Assembly: GCF_037042905.1 (NCBI RefSeq)
Contig: NC_087246.1
Location: forward strand, 21,390,001 to 21,454,000
Origin: Lytechinus pictus
Taxonomy: Eukaryota
Direction of reading: 5' to 3'
Length of the DNA stretch: 64,000 nt
Part shown: one piece after another, positions 36,575 to 47,835 of the stretch
Layout: every line of letters begins with the position of its first letter
Position numbering within the stretch: the stretch's first letter is position 1
Translations under genes and position numbers: made by a program
Notes under the pieces: model-generated
What the model was told of the DNA's origin: nothing
Databases searched by the model: none
Seen by the model: the letters and a program-made list of their open reading frames with translations, nothing else

Positions 36575-38330
36575 TACCCCCATCTCACTAGATGGCGATT
36601 CCACTGCGATCGTCAAAAATCGACAAAGCGTGGTATAACGTAGCTTGATCGTGCCTTGATCTTTTCAATCTTCTCCGTCGTACCTTGATCTTTTCTGAAG
36701 CGGCAAGGATCGCCACCATCTTCCTGGTCGCCACAAAATTTTGAACATGTTCAAAACTTACGTAGCGAGATCGCGGAGGTGCTAAAGCGCATCACAATCG
36801 AGTCATGAGCGTATTACAAACGACATATTCGTAGCTGTAACGGAGCCCCAACGCATAAAGCGTAGTATAAGCGCATTAAAAGCGGCACCGATCGCCCGTG
36901 GTTTTCAGCCCGTTCCCAAGACAATTCTGCTACGCTGCTTCCGTTTACAAGGCGACTGCCTTGCGCTCGACACGCTTCACACAGCTTCCACCACGACGCT
37001 TCCTTCTTTGGGTGGCATGTGGCACACGTTCTCAGCCCGCTACAGGCGTTCGCGTTGCGCTTTTGCTGCGCCGCTGATGACTGGGCAGCGATTGCACAAC
37101 AACCGTCCGCGCTGCTATAAAACGCCGTGCCGATGGTGGCGGATTATCATATTTGCAACAGATTACGAGGCGATACCACGGCGTTTTCAAACATACCTCC
37201 TAGAAAAAGGACCAGAAAAGGGAAAGCTGCCCAAGCTATATACCCCTCTTAGGCCGGCGGTCGAAGAGGAAGATCAAGGGGTTATGGTGGTGGTAGAGGA
37301 GGAGGAGGTAGAGGAGGAAGAGGAGGGGGTACAGGAGGAGGATGAAAATCTTACTGCTGAGCCAGCTGGAAAGAGAAAAAAAGACACTCACATGTCTTGA
37401 TGACGAAATGGGTTACCTCTGCAGAAATAAATAAATTGATTATGTTTTGAAAATAAATTGAATTCTAACCACAGTGACAGTAGACAACATCAAATTTTGT
37501 TAATGATTCGATCACGAATGTATTGATTGGGAAATGCAATCTTTAGGGAGATTCTGGCATTGTGCCCCCCTCCCCCTCCCTTTTTATGAGTGCTCTCACA
37601 TCAGTAGACTACTTCTTGTCAGCAAATTTGAAAGGAATTTACCAAATATTTTTGAGTGACAAACTTTTGTGGAAAAAAATAAACAGAATATCAAAGATTT
37701 GTATGCTCTTTTATGAAATTCTGGATGCATCCCTCATATTAACTATTAGGCTCATCGACATCTTTTGAATGAAATTTTAAAAATATTGTATATTATGACT
37801 TAGGTGACAGCCAGGATCGGACCCTGTATCTTTTTGGCCTCCTCCTTGTCCTGTCCTCGCATTCAACTTTTAACTGATGTTCTTTTAGAATGCCAAGATG
37901 TATAAGTCCAACCAAATTCTGGACATCCATGTTGGTCGGAGGTTGGCAATCGACTGAAAAATGTGTCATGTGCCGCGATTAGTATGCCGATTGCTTGAAA
38001 TCGTTTCAAGAGCCCATCATGAACGTAACATAATCGCTTCATTCGTAGCACCACCGTACCGAGGTCCTAATTAGCGTATGAGCCTCGTTGTATGATCGCT
38101 TTGATCGCAGAAGCAGCGCATCACATCTGCCTCGAATCGTCGCAAGAAAGTGGCATCGTCGTACTTTCAGCGTATTACCATCGCCTTCAGCGCAGGTCGG
38201 TCGCATAGAAGTTGCAGTGCAATCGTCTCGCAGGCTAAAAATAGAATTCGAGGAAGATTCTGCTACGATTTGCGGGATTTACACAGATCGCCATGGTCGC
38301 CACGATCGCCTTCCTAGTGAGATGGGGGTA
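36575..38330 (-). mobile_element. Internally deleted PIF/Harbinger-like transposon
   Basis: 17-bp TIR TACCCCCATCTCACTAG / CTAGTGAGATGGGGGTA. Absent at the paralogous site near 54510. Carries a transposase N-terminal remnant. Confidence 0.8.
37700..37930 (-). pseudogene. Decayed Harbinger-type transposase N-terminus
   Basis: 37930-37793 reads MDVQNLVGLIHLGILKEHQLKVECEDRTRRRPKRYRVRSWLSPKS*, then broken DEPNS..NMR/MHPEF. This resembles the RRRxxWVRxWL...DPxxFxNYLRM pattern of Harbinger transposases. Confidence 0.5.
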
Positions 38331-38867
38331 TTATAAGGTAGGCCTACTGTAATTCATGGATGAATCGCATTTCTTTAATGTATGAATATAATAGGCTTAC
38401 TAGCATCACAATGCGATTCACAGGTACATATTGACCGCCACAAAATTTTCAGTCATTTTGATCCTTGATTATGAAATGTATCATGAAACTCATGCCAATA
38501 TTCAATCCGTGGGTGGGGCCGAGCAGATGGGATGTAGATGACCATGCAAAAAACAATCCACAAATATATAGCAAGATGTTGATTTTTACGTTTTGTAAAC
38601 GTTTATTGGAAAAAGTGCCCCTTCCCGATTTCGCCGACTCTGTTCAGAAAACAAGCAAATGGATCATTTCATCTTTCACCTCGTGAAGTACTTTGTCCAT
38701 TGCACTCATGAACATAATTTGTATACTATTTAATGATGATGTCATTGTAATGAACATTATATCTGGACAGGTTGGATTCAAATCTAACGAATTATAGATT
38801 TTGAAATAACACTCATCTAAAATTAGCAATGGAAATATTGTCTCTTTAATTTGTTGTCTAGAATCGG

Positions 38868-40376
38868 ATGGCTTCAGCAAGGCAACTCTCAGACCATCTA
38901 AAATGTCCAATCTGCCATGACCTACTCTGCAATCCTAAACTTCTGCCATGTTCACATTCTTTTTGCACAAATTGTTTGACCGAACTTTACTCAACTCAGC
39001 AAGCTGATTACGGGTTAACTTGTTCAGTGTGTCGCCAAGATGCAAATGTTCCTGAAAATGATGTGTGTAACTTTCCGACAAATCGAGTAGTCAAGTCCCT
39101 CGTCGAAGATTTCAAAAGAAGATCAGATGCTAAGGCCGAGCGTATAAAAGGGGATGGAGGAACCACCATTCAAACTTGTACGGTTTGTGATGGTGATGAT
39201 CAAGACATTGCAACCTACTACTGCCAGAACTGTTCAGAGTTCCTTTGCGAAGACTGCTTGCAACACCACAATAGATACAAGCGGAATGCATGCCATGAGA
39301 CTGTGAAAGTAATAGATATTGAGGTGGGAGTTGTCAAAAAGAAATTCCCGTGTCCTACACATCCACAGGAACTGCAGCAGTTCGTGTGTACCACATGTCT
39401 GGTTCGAATCTGCTGCAGATGCCGGGAGGTCGAACACAAAGAAGATAGACATGAAGTCATCGCGATTGCCATGTACGAAGAGAATCAACATGAGAAAACG
39501 GCAATTATGTTGGCGAAAATTGATGAAAGAGGTGTTGATATCAATAATTACTTGTCTGTATTGCAGGAGACGGGTCAAAATGTAAAAAGTATCATTTCTC
39601 AACGACAGCAAGAAATAAAAATTGCTTACGACACAGCAGAAGAACAATTGCGAGGGAGAAGAGATGAATTGCTCAATGAATGCAGTAATGATGGTAACAA
39701 ATTCTATCAGGAATTGCAAGAAAAAGAAGAATGCATTAATACATTTCTAGGAGCTGTATCTAATCGGGCCTCGCTTGTGAACGATGGCCTGGGAAAACTT
39801 TATCAACCAGATCTGTCACTCGCTGATCATGCAGCACGATGGGGTGATCTTGAAAGTTTTCTCATGAATGAAGACATCTCCTCACTTCTCGCTCAGTTAT
39901 TAAACATACGACAGCGTGCAGAATCTTTGACCTCCCGTATGGCTGCTTCTACCATTGATCTTAGCATTGGTACTGTTCTCGTCAAGGACCATCGGCTGGA
40001 TGGAGAACCAAAGAGTAGTGATGCGATAGCGATAGCTCCGAGGAAAGGGGATACTATTTTCAAGAAGGAAGCCTCCGATGACCTTGTTTCACATCCTTCT
40101 ACGTCGACAAACGTAACCTCCCAAGCAAAGCCCACTTCCGACAGTCAAGCTCCTTATGAAAGTCCCTATGATCGTCTTGATCTTGGAACTCTAGAAAGGA
40201 AAATAGATGATTTACAGGCCAGCATGGCTACCAGTACGACTCCGACAAACGAAAGCCATTCTTTAAATGAAGAACTCAGACGGACCTCCGAGTGTCCGGA
40301 TATTAACAGGGCTAGTGTTCGTTCTCGCTTTTTAAATCTCGTCGGACAAGGTAAGCGGAAGGCTCGTATCCACTAG
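38868..40376 (+). CDS. TRIM/RBCC protein, mosaic (C-type upstream region and start, B2-like linker, A-type body)
   Basis: Start MASARQLSDHLKC resembles 55583, KGDGGTTIQTCTVCDGDDQ is identical to B2, and from CPTHPQEL onward it is almost identical to A. Acceptor ends at 38861. Confidence 0.93.
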   Translation: MASARQLSDHLKCPICHDLLCNPKLLPCSHSFCTNCLTELYSTQQADYGLTCSVCRQDANVPENDVCNFPTNRVVKSLVEDFKRRSDAKAERIKGDGGTTIQTCTVCDGDDQDIATYYCQNCSEFLCEDCLQHHNRYKRNACHETVKVIDIEVGVVKKKFPCPTHPQELQQFVCTTCLVRICCRCREVEHKEDRHEVIAIAMYEENQHEKTAIMLAKIDERGVDINNYLSVLQETGQNVKSIISQRQQEIKIAYDTAEEQLRGRRDELLNECSNDGNKFYQELQEKEECINTFLGAVSNRASLVNDGLGKLYQPDLSLADHAARWGDLESFLMNEDISSLLAQLLNIRQRAESLTSRMAASTIDLSIGTVLVKDHRLDGEPKSSDAIAIAPRKGDTIFKKEASDDLVSHPSTSTNVTSQAKPTSDSQAPYESPYDRLDLGTLERKIDDLQASMATSTTPTNESHSLNEELRRTSECPDINRASVRSRFLNLVGQGKRKARIH

Positions 40377-40655
40377 CGTATATATATACCTAAGGGGGGG
40401 GGGCAGGGGGGGCAGACTGCCCCCCTGACGAGTTACAACTCATGCAGGGCACGTATCCCTGCCCCCCTGACGAGTCACAACTGATACAGGGGACGTGCCC
40501 CCCGCCTTTTGAGAAACCAAATTACTAATTTGTAATGTAAATTTGAACCTGAAGACCTTTTTTTTATTTTTATTTTTTACTTGTTTAATTTTTCCGCGGA
40601 CGAAATATCCTCCAAATAAATTCCCCCCTTCTGGAAAATCCTGGGTACGCCAGTG
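40371..40655. mobile_element. hAT-type MITE inserted in the last codons of the third TRIM gene
   Basis: TIR CACTAGCGTA / TACGCCAGTG and 8-bp TSD CTCGTATC (40363-40370 and 40656-40663). Confidence 0.92.
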
Positions 40656-40963
40656 CTCGTATCCCTACTTTTAAGTTCTGACTTGAACTCGACCATTGAG
40701 TAGATTCCCAGTTTCGAACTTGACAATGGTTCTACCGATTTGTCAAATCGATCAGGCATCATCAAGCCACTATTGGACTTGATTGGTCTATAGTTCGGAA
40801 AAGTATGATCAATACACCTTGATCGGGTCGATCAACAATTAGCAGGCTCAGGCCTCATATTCGACTATTTTAGGACAGCATAGTTACCACTGCCGAAATG
40901 ATTACTCAATCAAGCCCATTCACCATTTTCCGTTCGATCGGTTGTCATCGGAAGTTGGACCTG

Positions 40964-41140
40964 GGGGCCGTTTCATAAAGCTGTTCGTAAGTTAAGAGTG
41001 ACTTCAAGGACGACTGGTGATCATTTCTTGTGGTAAGTGATATTTACCATTTGGTGGGTATTTAGCGCGTAAGAAAGGTTCACCAGTCGTTCTTAAAGTC
41101 GCTCCTAACTTTAATACGAACAGCTTTATGAAACACCCCC
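40964..41140. mobile_element. Harbinger-type hairpin MITE
   Basis: GGGGCCGTTTCATAAAGCTGTTCGTA... / ...TACGAACAGCTTTATGAAACACCCCC, with CTG duplicated in a CCTGG context. Confidence 0.8.
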
Positions 41141-41293
41141 CTGGTCGGTAACCAACATCGGGCCAATCTTCCTTTGCTGCTTGGACATCACTCTGTTTTC
41201 TTACACTAATATATTGAACATATCATAAATATTTAAATAGGAAAGGGCAGTGTAAACGCTGAAGACAGGATTAACCAGCAAGGGGGAGGGGAC

Positions 41294-42612
41294 CAATGGC
41301 GGATCCAGCTTTTGTCAGTAGGGCGGAAAAGGGATTTTTCGCCCACATTTTCCTGATGGCCACTTAAAGCTATTCTTTGTCGTTTTCCTTTTAGGGGGTA
41401 TTCATAGCTAAAGACTCAAAGTTTATTCTTACGAAGGTAAGGTATCTCAAAAAGCTTATAAATGATGCGAGCGCGAAGCTCAAACCAAGCTCATTTTTTG
41501 TTATGTATTCAAACCTTTAAACTTAACATTCTAAGCAATTTATCAAATAATGATCAAGATGCGTATCTAATTTAACGAACAATGCGAGGTCGAAGCGGTA
41601 TCTTAAATTTTCGATAAATTGACCTGAAAAGGAACCTGTATGGGAGTGTTTGCAGTTGCTCATGAAGAGGATTCATATCTCACGTGTCGAGTAATGGAAG
41701 CGGGAAGCGCGAGCTGAAAATGTTTGATATAAAAAAAAAACTGGACAGTTTACAGCACTGATTCTTTTTTTTTTAGATTTAGACCTAAAAACGGAACATT
41801 CTAAGCATTTTTGTTTTTATCTTGATCAGGATATAATCAAATAAATTTATTGGTGAGAGCACGAAGCGCGATCTGATAATGTTTGATATTCCAACCTGAA
41901 AAACTCGACAGTTTAAGCACTCATTTAGATCAAGACGTGTATTTCAATAAAACGAGCATGAATACTGGGATGATTTTTTTTAATAGATTTATTCCGAAAC
42001 TGGGCATTCTTTTCACTTTTCGTAATCATGAAAAGAACGGGTGTCTCCTAAATAAATGATGCGAGTTTAAATTTTGGGGATTTAGACCCAAAACGGGAAA
42101 TTCTAATCAAACTTTGTTAATATTAGACATGATGTGTATTTAACTTAACAATTATTGTGAATGCAAAGCGATAATAAATATTTAATATGGGCCTTCTGAC
42201 CTAGAAAGGTGACGTTTCATGAACTGTTTTGGGGAATCCATGAAGAGGATACGCATCTCGCTAATCAATTAATGCTAGCGCGTAGCGCGAGCTGAAAATT
42301 GTTTATATTTAGCACTTTTTTAAATGACATAAACAAAAAGAAAAAGAAATGGACAAATCGAATTGCGAACATATTGAAATATTTGTACTTATTTACTTGA
42401 AAACAAGATAATTTAAGTGACTTAATTGTTTGAATATCCTCTTGAGCAGATAATTATCTCACTCAAGGCAATGAGAGAGCGAAACGTAAGCGAAATTTTT
42501 ATTATAATGACCAGATTTTTATATTTTCCAATTATTTCCCTCACCTTGTTTCTTCCTCGTTTTATCTTTTTAATCTTTTTTACCCTCCATATCCATCCTA
42601 GATCCGCCTCTG
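41294..42612. mobile_element. Old hAT-like element (only its right part survives in the first copy, at 19886-20723)
   Basis: Termini CAATGGCGGATCC / AGATCCGCCTCTG and internal GCGAGCGCGAAGC-type repeats. No clear TSD. Confidence 0.65.
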
Positions 42613-43857
42613 ACCACAATTTATTGCATATAATGAAAAATATATTGTATTTTTGTGTACTCTTTTAGATTTTAAAGCTGGGCAATTCCATAAAATGATA
42701 AACCTTTTTGTACGTCCGACCCCCATTTTTCTCAAGTCTTACTTCCCTTCATAAACTGACCAAGTCATGGTCAATTAGAGAACAGTACAGACTGTCAAAA
42801 GAACAAAAAATCAGAGACAAAATGAAACATACAGTAAGCCTTGCAATTAATAAATTAATACATTTTCAACAGACCGCTGGCCTGCTTCTTGTTTCAACAT
42901 CTATAAATTAATCTACTAGAGTAAAGTTGCAACTGAAATTTTTAATTGATTGCAAATGTTTTTTGCAATCAATTGCAAACTGACATAATTACGATGAATA
43001 ATAGATACAAAAGAAAAGGGAAATGTCAGCAGTATAAGTCGTAGTAACTGTCGCAGTAGTTACTACTTAGTTATGTAATTGGATATATTTTTGTAATCTT
43101 ATAACGGTGTGTGTGTGCAGGTATTTATCCTAAAACACGAGTGGTATCCCAATTTTATTGAATATAGCATAGAAAGGATGACAATGTATATAGCATATTT
43201 AAGACAAACATTTCATGGGTAAAAGGTGAAATTTTAAGATTAGTAATATAAATAGATAAATGTTCTGTGACTTCAAGTCAATAATTCTGAGGTAAAATTT
43301 AGAGGAAAATGACAAATTATCATTCAATGACATGCAGTTTCTGATGGAATATTTACACAGGTGAAATCGACTCCTGGGCCCCGTCTTACGAATAGTTACG
43401 ATTAATCCAATCAACCACAACTATGGATAGCCAGCAACGTCAACATCTGAAATACATGTTTGTTCAAAATATTTTGTAGATATGATGTATATTCATACAT
43501 TCACTGTTTTCTTGACAATATCCAGTATGCTTCTATTTTGTTTTCAAAGGACATTGAGCAAATTTCCTTAAAGAAATTATGACATTGATGGATTTCCATG
43601 TACCATGGAAATACATTAGTGTCATAATTTTTTATACAGAAAATTAGCCAAATGTAAACGAAGGAGAACACACCAAATTGTCAAGAAATCAATGAATATA
43701 TGGATATACATTCATATCTAGAAAATTTTTAAACAAACATGCATTTTATATGTTGACTTTGCTGGTTTTCCATTGTCGCGATAGATTGGAACAATCTAAA
43801 CTCTTTGTAAGACGGGGTCCTGAACAATCGTAACTCCTTGTATAAGACAGATTCCAG

Positions 43858-44015
43858 GGGAGTGTTTCATCAACATTTTCATCCGACAAGTTGTCAGATC
43901 TGACATCTTTCTCTGATGTTGATTGGCTGAGAGGTACTGTTTACTATGGTAACTGTCGGATAAAATGGGACTTGTCGGATAAAACGTCCGACAAGTCCTT
44001 TCATGAAACGCCCCC
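43858..44015. mobile_element. Harbinger-type MITE, present in only one duplicate
   Basis: TIR GGGAGTGTTTCAT / ATGAAACGCCCCC, CAG duplicated, and an empty site ATTCCAGGTTC at about 25603-25613. Confidence 0.88.
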
Positions 44016-47000
44016 CAGGTTCATCAAAGCTAATACGTTATTTTCAATTACGTCATCGGTCGATTTATAGTCGGTATCGTTAGTGTGACTGTGCCATACG
44101 TGTATAGAACTGGTAGGCCCTGAACTATTATAGATATAATTATATGCATGGTGTTACAGTATGATGAGGAATAGAGACAACAACAGCAACAACAAATTCA
44201 CAAAGGAAACACCTGCAGTTAAAAGTGGTAGTTATTGCTGTTGCGGTTACTGATTAGTTGTGTAATTCGATAGTTTTTAAACCTTAATCCGTATGGTCAT
44301 TAGCGACCATGCAATGACCATGCCAGTAATCATGATTATACAATGGGGAACGATTTAGCATATTAATGCGATATGAATTCATGATAAAAACGTTACATAT
44401 AAAGTCAGTAATTTTTAGGTGTATTTGAGAGGAAATATGCCAAAGTTATAATTGACACATTGATGATATAATTCATGAAATCTTTAAAGTTACGAGACAT
44501 GAAAAGCTTCCTTTCCACTTTCAATAATTGCATTTAGATACTACGAATAAATAAAATTAATAAAAAAAAATTATGTTATATGATTGTACTTCTAGAGTTG
44601 CACTGTATGAATTGGCGCATACACATGGGTATCGTAAGTATATGATAACACAATTTATTGCCTTTCAATTGACATAGTGAAATACAATTTTATGCAAATA
44701 CGATGATACGACTTTTTGTGATCAGTAAACATACAATTAAAGGTGTCTTGCAATTTACTAATACCGTCTTCGTCATATCGCAGTTTTGATTTCTTTTGCA
44801 GTCTTGTATATGAAACGTAAATAAACTTCCCTAAATGAAACCAAAAAAAAACCACTCATGCCAAGCTCATACCAACATGAATAAGATTTAAAAAATACAA
44901 CATTCGAAAATATACAGCCTTCACAGGAGTATTGAAGAAAAAAAACTTACGGGAAAATAAATAAGAAATGAAGAGAGAGGGGATAACGGCCTTGAATCAT
45001 TTGCGGGAAGCCTCTTTAATTTCAAGGTTGGCTTATTTTATATCATCGCCTTATGATTGACGAAAACCATGACATTCCTAAGACTAGTCTTCTTCAATCG
45101 TATGTAATCATTTCATTTCAAACACGTCCTGATCAGTCTTAATTTTTTAACCATGTTCTTTTCTCCATGCTAATCATTTCGTAAATTATGTTATCTACCA
45201 ACTGCACAACATGTCTACCATTGTCATGTTTCAGGCTCTACGTTATTTTAGTTGCTAATAATGATAATCGTTGATATTGATGATGACTTTAATCAAACGG
45301 TCCTTGGTCTTGTCTGAATGATTTTCTAAAATGATTATGTATGGCAGAGGTACCACACACAGTCAACGAAAAATTTGGCAACTTTATCAGATTATCATGA
45401 TTTTGTAATTTCAAACAATACTATTTTGTAAGATTCTAACACGAATTTTATCACATGCATTTCAATAACGGCGCTTACCAATGGTAAGAAAATCACGAAA
45501 TTGTGTTATTTTCTTTGTAATTATGATTGTTTGTCATACGATGCTTTTTAGTTATGTTTTATTCAACTTGTTTTATAATTCGCCGTATTCCAAAATTCAA
45601 TTTTTATGACATAATTATTCATTCTCACTTACGTGTGAATTGTGAAGAAAAATAAATCATGTATCGCCCAAACATGATTATTGCATTCTAAAACTGCTTA
45701 CATAAGCTCCTGATTCCACATTAGAAAGGAAAACGTTAGTGCACAAAATAATGCTGTGTAACGGTCAAAAACATCATTCACTCATGTAGTCACCTAAAAT
45801 AGACAGACTTTTCATTGTCATCACTGATAGATAGTAACTGCGTCTTCGAAGTATTTTATTTTCACTGGTTATCAGTAAACTATTTTGCTGAATAAACACT
45901 CATTTCGTGAGCATCGCAAATGGGTTTTGCATTGCGCTTCTCAACAGCTCCAATTCTATGACGTCATCGTATGTCAAAAGAGTTTACGTGCATTTTGTAT
46001 GCATTTTTTTTCTTCTTGATTTCGATATTTATTTTCGATTTTCCCTTTTATAAACGAATGCACACCTAGTTACTAAGAGAGCATACCGCATTTCCATTTA
46101 TTTGCATGTAGGATAAAAGAGCACTGTCGATTAAACGCCTTGCTCACGTCACGGGCATAGCTGACATGGGGATCGAACCCCAGCCTTTCAAACGTGTATT
46201 CATGCGCCTTAGACCGCTCGGCCACGGTGCCACCTCCACAATAAAGCAGACATGGCCGTGAATGATGCAAGCAAAGATATTACTAAATATGGTCTAAATA
46301 TACAGGTTTCTCTTCATCTAATTACTAAGCTTTTTTAAATGACATTTTCTGCGCAAATCATTAAATAATATCTGGAATCCCCCCCCCCCCCGATAATCAA
46401 AATTTTCTACGTGCAAAGGTATGTAATCACCAATGCAGAAACCTTTAAGGTGAGCAGTCCGATAAAGCAAATTTTCAATGTTCTCAATTTAGTTGTTCTA
46501 ACGGAAATACACAGCTAAGTAAGCTGTTACAATGAATGAAACTGGTATAGTTGTATTTTGCACATGACATATTTTTTTAATCGTACACTTACAATAAGAT
46601 ATTAGAGGGTTCAAAGTCACGGATTAATGTAAATAGTGAGTGATTGCCATGTGAGGTAATATGTAACCAGTAGAAAATCGGGGATTTCGGTGTCGAGTAC
46701 CGTCAGTATAGATTAAGGAACACTGGAGCAATAAATTCATCATATTACTGCTCGTGTTCTTTCAAATGGTTAAATGTTACTGAGTGTTCGGGTGGTATCG
46801 TCGTCTTTTCCGGGATGCCTACAATATCGTCTTCAATAATTATTACAATATTCTCTAATACTGTGTGAGTAAATTTAATATTGATTTGATTTATGTAGTC
46901 TGATTTTCTATTCTAAGATATTGAAATTCATGGATGTATGTAATTTCTTTCAGTGAACGACTAGATCAAATCAAATCAAATCAAATCAAATCAGACTAGA

Positions 47001-47835
47001 TAGGCGTACATCAGTCTGGTCATGATGCATATACAGGTTCATAATAATTATACAGGCATATAACCGCAAGTCTCGAGACATTTGGGCCCTGATGTTCATA
47101 AAACTTCTACCAATAATGTAATCGGGGAAGGGGAAGGGTCGCTCTCTTTTCTATCGACGTATCCGCAACCGCGTTCAGAAAAGGCAATGAGAATTGTCAT
47201 TTCCAGCACATGGCGTCATCGTTGTCTTTTTGGACAACGAGATTTATTCTTTTTCAACGCCGTTGATCGGCAAACATCCCTTAATATGGTAGGGTAGGCC
47301 TTCTATACTACTTCATTAAAAAAATTTGTTATATATCGGTCTTGGTTATTGGGAAAATAATTCATGATGAAACGTTATACTTCATTTTCTCGAGGTTGTG
47401 TATTTCTCAAGTTTCAATGAAAAAGATGCCAAGGAATATTGTGTATCAAGAGTAAATTGTATTTTATTATAAAAAAAATATGTATCAAATGATTAGAATG
47501 GCTAGTTGATTGTTTTGCTTAAGAGTTTAATGGTTTAGTTAGTAGAGTGGTGGTCTCGCAATCCGGGTTCAAAAACCAGTCCGTGCGCTGAGGCCCTTTG
47601 GTAAGTCATTTATCCACATTACTAGCAGCATGCACAGAGAAATGACACTGCCAAAGTTCTCACATCTATCCCATATTTATTTTAATTTCATGATGTTAGC
47701 TACATGCAAAGCCTACACAAACATGAGGTATAGTTGCGATCATAATTGTATTAACAATTTTCTGAAAGTAGCACACTTTTAGTTTTTTTAATTAACAATG
47801 AGACGTCGATTATCTCTTTTGTTATCTAGAATCGG

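Noticed and set aside
37008-37400. 130-aa ORF with a poly-Glu tract
   Set aside because: Non-ATG start, low complexity, and located inside a deleted transposon.
40344-40356. AG|GTAAGC as a donor leading to further TRIM exons
   Set aside because: Not present in B or C genes, and protein similarity (KARI, KARL, QARI) continues past it. Not fully excluded without RNA data.
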